Positions 1 to 12,340 of a DNA stretch of 64,000 nt are shown one piece after another. Position numbers and translations under genes: made by a program. Within the stretch, counting starts at the first letter, position 1; each line of letters opens with the position of its first letter. The DNA comes from Octopus vulgaris (taxonomy: Eukaryota). Location of the stretch: NCBI GenBank assembly GCA_951406725.2, contig OX597821.1, positions 67,518,001 to 67,582,000 on the forward strand, written 5' to 3'. The notes beneath the pieces were generated by a model. The model saw only the letters and a program-made list of their open reading frames with translations, did no database searches and had not been told where the DNA came from.

Positions 1-400
1 TGTGACAGAGACAGCCTATTTATTTTATTTCATTTTATTTTCAAATACTAAATTTCTCATAGACATATGATTCTTTTGAGACTTTCCGTTCCTGGTTCCT
101 GACAAACAAACTAGTCTTTGGAGATAACTTTATTTCCAATAGATATACTATGTCAGTCTTTGAATGAGACAGACGAACTAGTCAACTTAAATGGCGAACT
201 GTTAATTTTTGCGCATGCGCACGTGTATGCTTTTCCCCAAATTTATTTGTTTCTTTATTTGTTTAGTTTTTTGGCCTTTTTGTCTTCTTTTTTCAAAGAG
301 AACATTAAATGGTTGAAAAATAATTAATTTGACAATTTAAATGTTTCTCTTATTTTTGTGATTAGAGGGAAATAGGAAGAATAAAGGAAGTGAAAAGTAA

Positions 401-488
<88 letters not shown>

Positions 489-900
489 TTAGGTAGGTAA
501 ACAGATAGGTTGGTAGATAGGTAGGTAGGTAGGTAGGTAGATAGACTTATAGATAGATTAATTCATTGATTCATTGATAGATACGTTCATACATACATAT
601 ATGTATCAGTACATACAGATATACACTCACACAAGCATACGCACATGCATACGTACATATTGATATGCACACATACAACCATACATACAGATATATATAT
701 ATACATACAGACATACATACATACATACATAGGGGAAATATACATAGGGAAGATATACACTCATACAACCATACACACATGCATACATACTGATATACAC
801 ACATACAACCATACATACAGATATATATGCATACAGACATACATACATAGGGAAAATATACAGATACGCGCATAGGAAAAAGATAGATAGACAGACAGAC

Positions 901-977
<77 letters not shown>
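401..977. repeat. Compound microsatellite block: (GATA)n, (GGTA)n, (CATA)n with an internal local duplication
   Basis: GATA runs at 401-487 and about 900-977; 661-745 and 791-862 are near-identical copies (tgatat.cacacatacaaccatacatacagatat...ggaaatataca). Confidence 0.9.
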
Positions 978-978
<1 letters not shown>

Positions 979-1494
979 GACGTAAAAGAGTCGGCTTTAT
1001 ATATTTTCTTACCTTTATTATGTTTATGAGCGTAGAATATCGATACAAACTAATTGATTTTTAGATATTTCAAAGGCCGCATTTTTTTTTTATCTTCTAT
1101 TTAGATTTGGTTGATGATAATGATAATAAAAACAGTATTTTTTAAATGAAAAAATAATTACTGTAAGTTGTTTGAAACTCGTGGTGATGGAGACGTTTGA
1201 AAATGATATGTGATTTTGTTGTTTAGTCCCTAACGCAGCTGTGAGTGACACTCCATTCGTGACCATCGCGATTTTTCTTATATCTGATACCGTGTATTTA
1301 GTACTACTATTTTTGTCTTTTACATGGTAATGTGTGATATGAAAGAAATGCGACGTACGTCCGTTAAGCCTTACGACTAGTTAGAGGCTCCCCGTTCACG
1401 TGAAATACGGGCAGAGGATAAACTGTTTTGTTCACGTGATGTTACTTTGTTGCTTGTATAGAGATTAGTGTCGACATTGTTGTCAGTAGGGATT

Positions 1495-1580
1495 GCACTC
1501 ACACGTGGCCGAGTGGTTAAGACATTCGCTTCTCAATCATGGAAACACGAATTCGATCCCAATACATAGCATCTTGACAA
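1495..1580 (+). mobile_element. Decayed tRNA-like SINE head
   Basis: A-box-like GTGGCCGAGTGGTTAAG and B-box-like GAATTCGATCCC, followed by a decayed gcatcttgacaa resembling the other SINE cores in the window. Confidence 0.45.
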
Positions 1581-2103
1581 TTTTTTTTTTTTTGTCATTG
1601 CCTCAGGTCAAACTAAGTAAGTCTTGTGTTTGTGACAGAGTACACGAAAACGGTACAGAATTCATCGGAGTACAAGTCGTCGTTGACTTACGACCGATTG
1701 GCGCGCCAGTTCCAGACAGTAATAATAAATAGTCCAGCTGAAATCTAACGGGTTTAATTTCCCAGAAATTAACCCTTCTACGGATGACGTCAGCTAAAAC
1801 ATCAAAGATCCACAGCCAATCACCAGTCTATAATAAATATTTAAATAAGTTTTGCAACTGTTCCTTACCCTACATTGTGTATTTCTTGTACTTGTATTCT
1901 TTGGTACTTTTCTATGAACAAATAATATTGTAGTATAATAAAGAATGTTGTGTGTGACTTTTGCCTGAGAATGGACCTTAAGATTGTAAAATTATAAAAC
2001 AAAGCTATGTAAGCCGACTTACGACTTGCGTGTGTGTTCATGTTTCTGTGCGCGCACGTGCGTGAGCGTGCGTGTGTGTGTGTGTATGTGTGAGTACGTA
2101 CGT

Positions 2104-2268
2104 ATACCTATTTCTTTATTACCCACAAGGGGCTAAACACAGAGGGGACAAACAAGGACAGACATAGGTATTAAGTCGATTACATCGACTCCAGTGCGTA
2201 ACTGGTACTTAATTTATCTACCCCGAAAGGATGAAAGGCAAAGTCGACCTCGGCGGAATTTGAACTCA
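2104..2268 (-). mobile_element. SINE family B (Meta/MESC-like core), 5'-truncated, with 15-bp TSD
   Basis: Reverse strand reads GAGTTCAAATTCCGCCGAGGTCGACTTTGCCTTTCATCCTTTCGGGG...AAGTACCAG and is near-identical to 34293-34518. Direct repeat gtacgtacgtatacc at 2094-2108 and 2296-2310. Confidence 0.85.
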
Positions 2269-2640
2269 CTGCAAAAAAAACATTTTATATATGGTGTACG
2301 TACGTATACCATATATAAAATGTTTTTTTGCAAAATATACTTGATACTATAATTAGATATGAAGAAACATTTTCTTACAATTTATAAATTGGTTTTAAAA
2401 AAATCTTAGAAAAGCAGGATTACACGAACATAGTGGGATGTTTATTTCACGTTGTGTGTAAGCGCTTTCTTTGCTCAATATTACAAACACATATGTTATG
2501 GAGTAATCCATCGGATTAATCCTCGCGTGTTTAAAAAAAAAGAAATGAATAACAAGGGCTTGCACAAAATGCGAAGAAAGAATTGTGTCATTCCGGTTCT
2601 CTAAAATTCTTTTTAAAATTTGATGAATTTCTTCAGAGAG

Positions 2641-3013
2641 ACGTGTGTGTGTGTGTGTGTCGGTGTTTGTGTGTGTATGTGCATGTGTGTATGTTCGTGC
2701 GTGTGTGTCTGTGTGTGTTTGTGTGTGTTTGTGTGTATCAGTGTGTGCGTGTGTCTGTGTGTGTTTGTGTGTGTTTGTGTGTATCAGTGTGTGCGTGTGT
2801 CTGTGTGTGTCAGTTTGTGTGTGTGTTTGTGTGTGTGTGCGTGCGTGTGTGTCTGTGTGTGTTTGTGTGTGCATGTTTGTGTGTGCATGTTTGTGTGTGC
2901 GTGCGTGTGTGTCTGTGTGTGTCTGTGTGTGTTTGTGTGTATCAGTGTGTGTGCGTGTATCTGTGTGTCAGTGTGTGTGTTTGTGTGTGTTTGTGTGTGC
3001 GTGCGTGCGTGTG
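2641..3013. repeat. (GT)n-derived satellite with higher-order units
   Basis: Recurring interruptions gtct, gttt, atca, gtgc in similar order about every 40 bp. Confidence 0.85.
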
Positions 3014-3241
3014 TATAAACACGTACCCAAGATGTGAGAGGGAAATATCTCTCTTATTTTCGCATATATTACATTTATTTATTGTTTACAGTCTCAAACA
3101 ATAGCCTGCAGTCACATTGGGTACCACCTTGTATATTTTATTAACACTTGATAGCACCATGAACGTCAGGGCTTGACACCCCTGACACCTGATATTCATT
3201 TGTGTATCCATACATACTTAAACACACACATATATATTACA

Positions 3242-3281
<40 letters not shown>

Positions 3282-3582
3282 TATATATATATATATGTAT
3301 ATGCATATATATATATATATATATATGATATATATATATATATATATATGCATAAATGCCATTTGAATATGGCTAACCCATAAGGGTGGATGCTACTGTA
3401 GTTTGTAGCCCCAGGAAGATATCTCCTCCAGTTGGCTATAGACACACTATCTGTGTCCTGTCAGTATTTGCGAAGGGGAGTCATCCTCCCCGTCTTCAAC
3501 ACATGATACACACGTACCCGAGTTTCAAGGTGTTTACCTTTCATCGCTCTGAGATTTACCATTGTGATATATATATATATAT

Positions 3583-3790
3583 AAACTTAATCCAAACAAG
3601 AAAGCATAAAAAAACACAACAACGCGAAGACGTGGAACAAATATAGTATTATTGGACGTTCAGGAAAGAAGGAAAGAAGGAGGGTTTAACGTTTCGAGCG
3701 GAGCTCTTCGTCGGAAACATAGGAGAAGGAAAGATCCAGTGAAGGAATGACAGAGGGAAAAAAATCGCCAACGGTACACACGCGGTCACA
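3583..3790 (-). mobile_element. About 200-bp HHR-bearing non-autonomous element (PLE-terminus-like) inside (TA)n
   Basis: Reverse complement aligns along its length to 56930-57135; flanked by (TA)n on both sides; contains the HHR-like motif at 3684-3718. Confidence 0.7.
3684..3718 (-). ncRNA. Minimal hammerhead ribozyme-like motif (core variant CCGACGA)
   Basis: GUUU-CCGACGA-A-GAGC(UCC)GCUC-GAAA-CG-UU-AAAC: helix I GUUU/AAAC, helix II GAGC/GCUC, palindromic ACGU helix III, GUU site; U4 changed to C. Confidence 0.65.
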
Positions 3791-3802
3791 TTTTAAAAGA
3801 CC

Positions 3803-3865
<63 letters not shown>

Positions 3866-3880
3866 GAGGGAGAGGGAGAA

Positions 3881-3953
<73 letters not shown>

Positions 3954-4420
3954 ATAGTCCACACGAAAGTAACAAAGGTATCAATTAGCACCAGTGGTGC
4001 TAGAAATAAGAGTCAAAATAACACAATAGCCACGGAAGCATCATCTTAACGAGAGACAAGGGAGGCAAGCTCCCTGCAGCAACAGACATAGCAAGACGCA
4101 TTTAATTGCTTCTGTATTTTAATGTTCATCAGTGGCTCTCACAGTGCCTAGGGGTAAACTCAGCTCGCCTTGTCAGTTTATAAGATTTTCATTGAAAACT
4201 ATACCGTAGCAAGACATTGGAGCACGATGCTGTTCTTCGACTTACCGGATTCTTATCAAGCCGTCCAACCCATATCATATAGCAATTGGACGTTGAACAA
4301 TGATAATGATGATGAGGAGAAGAAGGAGGATACTGATGTGCGTTTATGTATGTATGTACAGTATGTATGCATGTACGTATGCATGCATTCATGCATGCAC
4401 ATATGCATATATGTATGCGT

Positions 4421-4795
4421 AGGCGCCATGGCCCAGTGGTTAGGGCAGCGGACTCGCGGTCATAGGATCTCGGTTTCGATTCCCAGACCAGGCGTTGTGT
4501 GTGTTTATTGAGCAAAAACACCTAAAAGCTGCACGATCTCCGGCAGGGATGATGGTGATCCCTGCTGTACTCTTTCACCACAACTTTCTCTCACTGTTAC
4601 TTCCTGTTTCTGTTGTACCTGTATTTCAAGGGGCCGGCCTTGTCACTCTCTGTGTCACGCTGAATATCCCCGAGAACTACGTTAAGGTGCACGCGTCTGT
4701 GGAGTGTTCAGCCATTTACACGTTAATTTCACGAGCAGGCTGTTCCGTTGATTCGGATCAACCGGAACCCTTATCGTCGTAACCGACGGAGTGCT
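4421..4795 (+). mobile_element. tRNA-derived SINE, head D + tail X
   Basis: A box TGGCCCAGTGGTTAG, B box GTTTCGATTCCC; head matches 44074-44387(-) and tail matches 23640-23818. Confidence 0.85.
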
Positions 4796-4944
4796 TCCAC
4801 TTCCACATATATGTATGTATGAATTGCTACTAACTTCTCTTTTCGTCTATCACACTACCACACTTCACATTATTGTATTGTTCTCGAAGAGTTTAATTAT
4901 TTATTCGCTTCTATTCACCATTATTACCGATGCTATCATCACCG

Positions 4945-5006
<62 letters not shown>

Positions 5007-5018
5007 TAAGGCGGCGTG

Positions 5019-5347
5019 AAGGCGCATGGCTCAGTGATTAGAGCGTCAAGCTTACGATCGTGAGTTTGTGAGTTCGAATCCTGGACCAGGCTGCTTATTG
5101 TGTTCTTGAGCAAGACACTTTATTTCACGTTGCTCCAGTTAACTCAGCTGTAGAAATGAGTTGCGACGTCACTGATACCAAGCTGTATCGGTCTTTGCCT
5201 TTCCCTTGGGTAACATCAGTGGCGTGGAGAGGGGAGGCCGTTATGCATGGACGACTGCTAGTCTTCCATAAACAAACTTGCCTGGAATTGTGCCTGGGAG
5301 GGTAACTTTCAAGGTGCAATCCCATAGTCAGTCATGACCGAAGGGGT
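5019..5347 (+). mobile_element. tRNA-derived SINE, head C (CORE-like) + tail Z
   Basis: TGGCTCAGTGATTAG / GTTCGAATCC boxes and CORE-like TGTGTTCTTGAGCAAGACACTT...CAGCTGTAGAAATG; reverse-complement match to 5581-5913; TSD-like ctaaggc(g/a)gcg at 5006-5016 and 5353-5363. Confidence 0.85.
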
Positions 5348-5355
5348 CTCAGCTA

Positions 5356-5560
5356 AGGCAGCGAGCTGGCAGAACCGTTAGCACGCCGGGCGAAATGCTC
5401 AGCGTTATTTCTTCAGCCGCTATTCGAATTCTGCCGAGGTCGACTTTACCTTTTACCCTTTTAGGATCGATGAAATAAGTACCAGTCACGTAATGGAGTC
5501 GATATAATGGACTAGCCTCCCTTCCCCCAAAATTTTCAAGGCTTTGTGCCTATAGTAGAA
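5356..5560 (+). mobile_element. SINE family B
   Basis: Head GGCAGCGAGCTGGCAGAACCGTTAGCACGCCGGGCGAAATGC and core GAGGTCGACTTTACCTTTT...ATAAGTACCAG. Confidence 0.8.
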
Positions 5561-5580
5561 ATAATTACTTTTGCTATTAA

Positions 5581-5913
5581 AAAAACCCCTTCGGTCATGA
5601 ATGACCATGGGATTGCACCTAGAAAGTTACCCTCCTAGACACAAGTCCGGGCAAGGTTGTTTATGGAAGACCAGCAGTCGCCCATGCCTACCAGCCTCCC
5701 CTCTCCACGCCACCGATGTTATCCAAGGGAAAGACAAAGGTCGATACAGCTTGGCACCAGTGACGTCGCAACTCATTTCTACAGCTGAGTGAACTGGAGC
5801 AATGTGAAATAAAGTGCCTTGCTCAAGAACACAACACGAAGCCCGGTCCGGGATTCGAGCTCACAACCTCACGATCGTAAGCTCGACGCTCTAACCACTG
5901 AGCCATGCGCCTT
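5581..5913 (-). mobile_element. tRNA-derived SINE, head C + tail Z, with 13-bp TSD
   Basis: Inverted copy of 5019-5347; TSD cttttgctattaa at 5568-5580 and 5914-5926. Confidence 0.88.
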
Positions 5914-6025
5914 CTTTTGCTATTAATACCATTATTATTATCCATAAAAGAACCCAGACCTCTTCTTTTCTTACTAGTTTTGTTCTTATTTTCTTTCTTC
6001 TTATCATAGTCATATTCATACACCT

Positions 6026-6395
6026 ATTAACTCCACCTTTGAGGTATTGCTTTCAGTCGCGTTTGTCTGTTTGTCTGTGGACAAAATATCTCAAGAGCCG
6101 CTGAACGGAATCAGACGAGACATTCAGAATTGTTTGGCTTCGTCACTAGCACGAAATGATTAGATTTTGGGATCGATCCGCTACCGGACAAGGATTCTGG
6201 ATCATCATTCCTTTTTTGTATTCTTTCTTTTTTACTTAATTTATAAGAGCGATTGGGTTCATATTTAGTATTCTCGTTTGAGAGAGTAGTCGAGTTTATT
6301 TCAGATGTACTCATTTTAAAAATCATCTCTGGCTAATCTTTCAGAGGACGTTGGTGTTGCATTGACGAAGGTTTGCGCTCTTTGAGATCTCTTCT
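6026..6395 (+). mobile_element. Decayed Helentron-associated (HINE/DINE-like) element
   Basis: Decayed subterminal IR (aactccacc ... gacgaaggtt), a (GTCT/GTTT) microsatellite near the 5' end, an internal GATTAGATTTTGGGATCGATCC and a 3' gcgctctttgag hairpin remnant. Architecture recalled for HINEs; not searched. Confidence 0.5.
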
Positions 6396-6452
6396 TTGCT
6401 ATTTATTTTAATCTGTTGCTGTTTCACATTTTATTTATCGCTTTTTTCATAA

Positions 6453-6873
6453 CTCTTTTACTCTTTACTCTTTTACTTGTTTCAGTCATTTGACAGCGGC
6501 CATGCTGGAGCACCGCCTTTAGTCGAGCAACTCGACCCCGGGACCTTATTGTTTTGTAAGCCCAGTACTTATTCTATCGGTCTCTTTTGCCGAATCGCTA
6601 ACTAACGAGGACATAAACACACCAGCATCGGTTGTCAAGCAATGCTAGGGGACAAACACAGACACACAAACACACACACGCATATATATATATATATATA
6701 TACATATATACGACGGGCTCCCTTCAGTTTCCGTCTACCAAATCCACTCACAAGGCTTTGGTCGGCCCGAGGCTAGAGTAGAAGACACTTGCCCAAGGTG
6801 CCACGCAGTGGGACTGAACCCGGAACCATGTGGTTGGTATAAAAGCTACTTACCACACAGCCATTCCTGCGCC
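6453..6873 (-). mobile_element. SINE family A, full length (tRNA-like head, internal (TA)n(TG)n, CR1-like tail)
   Basis: Matches 13213-13642, 22674-23088 and 48081-48490; head TGGCTGTGTGGTAAG...GGTTCAGTCCC; tail ends in (TAAAAGAG)n. Confidence 0.9.
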
Positions 6874-6959
6874 TATTGTATTATTACTATTAATTTTTTT
6901 TATCTATTTATCTTTTTTTTAAATAAAAGCCCAGCTTATTTTTCCGGATATTATGGAGA

Positions 6960-7160
6960 ATATGAGTTGCCTGCATCTAGCAGAACAAAATGCTTAACCG
7001 CATTTCGCCTGTCATTACGTTCTCAGTACAAGTTCCTCCGAGGTCGACTTTGCATTTAATCCTTCCGGAGTCGATGAAATAAGTACCAGTTACGCAGTAG
7101 GGTCAAAACAATCAACTACTCACCTCCTCCAAAACGACAGGCCGCGTGCCTATAGAAGGA
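6960..7160 (+). mobile_element. SINE family B, decayed
   Basis: CCGAGGTCGACTTTGCATTTAATCCTTCCGGAGTCGATGAAATAAGTACCAG core, followed by (ATT)n. Confidence 0.7.
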
Positions 7161-7391
7161 ATTATTATTATTATTATTTTTTTTATTTTTCTTCTTTCAA
7201 ATTTGCTTCCATTTCTTGCCGAGCATCTTCCCGACTCCTAGGGCAAAGAAACTCATAGTATACATTGGTAGGCCATTAAACCAAACTCAATAGTTCGTTC
7301 ATTTTTTTTTTTAAGGTTAAATTAAAATACATGGGCAGTAACAGCTCTCACAGCGACAATGCTCTTCTCAATACGTATGATGTACCAGTTA

Positions 7392-7463
<72 letters not shown>

Positions 7464-7470
7464 CGTTACA

Positions 7471-7556
<86 letters not shown>

Positions 7557-7766
7557 GTGGATATGTATATGCATTTAGTGATGTATATTTATGTAAAAAA
7601 ATAACCAATGTTTAGTACATTAAACAAACCCTAAAATGATATAAAGCGAAGTACATGCAAGGATATTCACAAGATCCACACTAGAAAGGCTGAATAATGA
7701 TATATAGATATATATATAGAGAGAGAGAGAAAGAGAGACAGAGAGAGACAGATAGATAGATATCAG

Positions 7767-7936
7767 GGGTGGGTGTGTGGTAAGTAGCTTGCTTAACAAC
7801 CACATGGGTCCGGGTTCAGTCCCACCGCGTGGCACCTTGGGCAGGTATTTTCTAGTATAGCCTCGGGTCAACCAAAGCCTTGTGAGTGGATTTGGTAGAC
7901 GAAACTTAGAGAAGTATGTTGTATATATACATATAT

Positions 7937-7977
<41 letters not shown>

Positions 7978-8012
7978 TGCGTGCCTTTATTTGCCCCCCA
8001 CCATCGCTTGAT
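7767..8012 (+). mobile_element. SINE family A, 5' portion
   Basis: GTGTGGTAAGTAGCTTGC...GGTTCAGTCCC...GTGGATTTGGTAGACG; breaks off shortly after the internal microsatellite. Confidence 0.85.
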
Positions 8013-8060
8013 GGTCAGAGAGAGGTGAATAGACATTTATATAGGTATATACATATATCG

Positions 8061-8114
<54 letters not shown>

Positions 8115-8156
8115 ATACAATCACAATATATATTCATATATATATATAGTATAATA

Positions 8157-8221
<65 letters not shown>

Positions 8222-10449
8222 CTGTATGTATGTATATTTATATGTTTGTATCATGGACTATTGAATATATGCTTGTGAGCGAATATATATACATAAGTGA
8301 GCATACGTGAGTGTATGTGCATTTATCAATGTATGTTTGTGTTGCGTGTTTGCAAAAGATGACGTTTACACAACGACTTTTAATACTACTAAAAGCGAAT
8401 AATATTGAAAATAACTTCCGAACTTTTACGAATATTTACAGTCGTGTAAATTTGATGCCGATCACTACTGCCATAAAAATGATGGTATTCGATATGAAAA
8501 AACTAGTGTCTTTGATCTCAATTATTGATACGTTGTCTTCTAACGAATCATTAATTATTTTTAAATGTTTGCCAGTTTTGTTTTGTTTGTTAGTCGTTGT
8601 TGTAATTGTTGCTTCTCTTGATTTTGTGGTGTCTTTTTTTTATTTTTGTTTATGTATCGTTGCTTTGACTTTTATCTTTTACAAATCCTTAATTCTAAAA
8701 ATCCAACAAAACATCATAGAGAAAAAAAATCGAAATTGCGTGGCTCTCTTTTCCCTTATAAGTTTTACTCATTTCCTTATTACACCCATTCTTTTCTTGT
8801 TGTTTTGCTTATTTTTCGATATCTATCTATCAATTTATGCATCTATCTACCTGTCTATATATTTATGTATTTATATATTCATTCATTTACTTATTCAAAG
8901 GAAACTCTGATAAGTATGTTAGATAGAACGGAAAGCTGAAACAAAAAAGTGTATTCGTCCAGTTTTATGACCACATTTTCAGTTACCTAACAGAGAGATA
9001 GTATTTTATTTTGCTATAAACATATTAATCTCATATTTACTACTATCATTTTTCTTGATTATTCTATTGCTTTTTTGTTAACCAAATGTCTAATCTATTT
9101 TCTTTCTAAATTTTTACAACTGCTTTACGACACTCCTTTCCCAAAATGATTTCAGTCTATGTTGCGTTCATTGCAAAGCCAATGATATCCGATTAAAGAG
9201 ATGTAAAACTAGATTACAGGATTATGTTGTTTTGCCTACCACAAAACCTCAACCAAAAATTAATGCAAAAACACTTACAAGGCACCGTATTAGTGAAATA
9301 GAGTCTCATAAAGTTCTTGTATTCGAAAGTGTCCATATATCAGTGTTATTACACATAACCAGAACAATTTAGGTCGTCTATATTTATTAATTAAGCTGTT
9401 CGCTCCCTGTGGAACTTAAGTCAACGATGATGTTTCTCCCCTTTTCTTGAATCTGGGTTGTAACTCTGTAACTGTTATTCTTGCTTTTCATAAATTCTTT
9501 ACAAATCCTTGCAAATATTTACATACGAGAAGTTGATTTCGAATTCTCATCAATGTTTCTATACCTTTTCTTTCCCTTATGTAAAGGTGAAGACCCTACA
9601 CAAACTTATTTTTACCTCTGCGAAGAGATGGTCCGCATTAGCCTGGTCTCTGTCCTTTAACCTATGCAGCATGTGAAGCCTTATCAGGAGCTTTCTCTCT
9701 GCTGGCACAGGACCATTAAAGCGTAGAAACTACTACCCCGCACCAAGAACTGAATATTGTGATGGCTCTATGCTTATAATATGCTAAATATATTGCGAAA
9801 TACGTGAGATAAGATGGCACTTTGTGCATTTTGTTTAAATGGCTCTCTAAAATTTAAGTTCAAATGCCGTCGAGAGCAATTTTACCTTTCAACTTTTCAC
9901 GACGAATTCACGACTAATTCTATGAAATGCAGATCAACGACAAATTGGTTAAAGCGAAAGTACAAAATCAGTTATGTCACAAACTTGCTGCAGATTTATC
10001 CAACATACTGAATTGTGCGTATTTTTATGCTTTAAAATTTCATGTTTCAAATATTGCTTACTAAATATATATTTTCTTTAAATCTTCAAACTTCACAGGA
10101 ATATCTGACTGTATACTTATGTTGTAAAAATTTATTATAATGCTATATGCGTAAAATTTCCCCTTAAAACATTTGATCAACAACTATTACAAGGGAGATT
10201 GCTCTTAAACATTACGCAGCTTCTAGAGTAAATTTTCTGTAACTATTGTTTACATAATCAAACGGAGTTTTCCCATTCACATACACGAAAGCCCACAGTT
10301 TCCATAGAATAGATACATTAAATATACATGCACTATTATAACATCAGGCATAACATTGTAGTAAATTGTAATAATTTACTATATTTATTATACTATGGAG
10401 AATATTGTATTGTTACACGGGGTTTATAATAGCATATAAAAATAAATAT

Positions 10450-10698
10450 ATGCACCCTTTTAAAGCCTAGCCAGGCTCATGGGCCCGGTTTCCCGGTTTC
10501 AATAGCGTATGTGTTACCCAGCTGGACGGGACTCCAGTCCATCGCAGCGTTACTCATTTTTGCCAGCTGAGGGGACTGGAGGAACGTGAAATGAAGTGTT
10601 TTGCTCAAGAACACAACGCGTCACCCGATCCTGGAATCGAAATCACAATCTTACGATCATGATGCTGATATCCTAACCACTAAACCACGCGCCTCCAC
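10450..10698 (-). mobile_element. tRNA-derived SINE, head C + tail Y
   Basis: Head/core matches 23500-23640; tail CTGCGATGGACTGG...GAAACCGGGAAACCGGGCCC...GGCTAGGCTT matches 44074-44190. Confidence 0.85.
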
Positions 10699-11669
10699 AT
10701 TTTAATAGTATACTGTAGTATCTGTTGTTGTCAAACAATTGTAGTTAATCAGTACAATCACAGCGCATTATAAGATTGGTAAATTTTAATACCTTACTAA
10801 GACTTTAAAGTATATTATAATTCTCTCGTCGATCACTTATTTCAGTACAATTGTAATAGTGTTACAACAGTGGTAATTGGTTAAAATGATCGAATTATCG
10901 ACAACGAGTTCCAAAGATTCGAATAACTGATTTACCATCAAAATTAAAGAGTGACTGACTAAGAGCTTCACAGATATAAAATACCGTTTGCATAATGATC
11001 AGAGAGTGTGAAAGTGTCACGGCGTGAGTCAAGAGTGGACCTCGAAATTGCAGATACGATCTAACCTGAGGCTGAAGTGAAACTCACCTGCCCAAAATGT
11101 CTCAGGGACAGACAGAACTCACAAACTCGCGATTACGAAGCTTATTTGAGAAACAATACTGCCATACTGCCTCTGTATATTATAATAGCGTAGAACATTA
11201 TAGTATTGAGTGTCACTGTAAATTATATGTGCGATTTCCGGTGTTCAATATTAAACACGCATTGCCATACCGATGAGCTGACTTGAGCAAGACTTTATGA
11301 GAAAGACTTTTAGTTGCCCGTAAATGCAAGCCTACCATCCCTACACCAACTGTGTTTTCCTAGGTAGAGGCCGCCGATGTGGACCGATACAACTTAACAC
11401 TAGTGTTGTCATAAGTGTTGCAGTTACAATGCAGAGTAGCGAAAGAGATATTGTAAGACATCCCGTCCGACTCTGACATTTCAGCCAATCCACTGCTTTG
11501 AATTATTTGACTTTTTATCGGACCGAAAGTATGAAAATAACAGCTGACCTAGATGGAATATGAAGTTAGAGCGCAGAGAATCGGTACAGTCTACCCAACT
11601 CTCTCACGAATGCTCATGCGCCGAATGATTAAATAGCAACATTGAAGATTGAATATTATGAATATATGT

Positions 11670-12340
11670 TTTCTCGAGCCTCAAGGCAATGGGCCACTAT
11701 GCTCTTCCATATTTCGTTATCTTTAGCAATAGTTAGAGCATGAAACCAATTTGTGCCAAAACTGTACAGGTTGTCTTTCAAGGCGGACCTTCAGATTTAC
11801 TTTGGCCTATCTTTTGGTTTCTCCCCATGAACTGATAACCTTGTCATTGCCGTTCTTGCTGGGATGTTGTCTTCCATTTGTACACATCCGCAACCAGATG
11901 CAGTCCTCTGCCCTTGATGACAAAACTCGGGCGTGTAACGCTGGTTCTTCGGAGCACCCCTTTGTTTGTGATCTTACCGTTTAGTGCCTGACATTTTGGA
12001 GGGCCTTTATTGAGGTATTTGTGTTGGAAAGTATCAATTAGTTATTCAATTTCGGCAGTGTTCTTTCATATGTCTGTTGTATAGATTGTGGTTGAGATAA
12101 CCATCGACCAGAATGATCTTAATCTGATTTGTGATGTGAGTCTCTTTAATTGCGATATTGATTGAAGTGTGTTGAATTGTCCAGCACCTTTCGCAATGCT
12201 TTATTCTAAGTCGGTTTCATCATTGCCATTTGCTGTATGAACATTACTAAGATATATGAAGCGTTCAACCTCTTCCCCTCGTTTCCCCATTGATTGAGAT
12301 TTTATGTGCTTCACTGAAGGCAACTTCCTGTGTTCTTGTT
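11670..12340 (-). pseudogene. Decayed RTE-clade LINE ORF fragment (RT C-terminal region)
   Basis: Minus-strand translation GEEVERFIYLSNV (V..F.YLGS-like motif) followed by IAKGAGQFNTL...DTFQHKYL, with stops and frameshifts. Confidence 0.55.

Noticed and set aside
4421-4495. tRNA genes at SINE heads (also 5019, 23500, 36279)
   Set aside because: A and B boxes are present, but the sequence continues into repeated SINE bodies and the cloverleaf is incomplete.
8311-8910. 199-aa hydrophobic ORF resembling a membrane protein
   Set aside because: T-rich low-complexity DNA and microsatellite ends explain the hydrophobicity; no recognisable motif.
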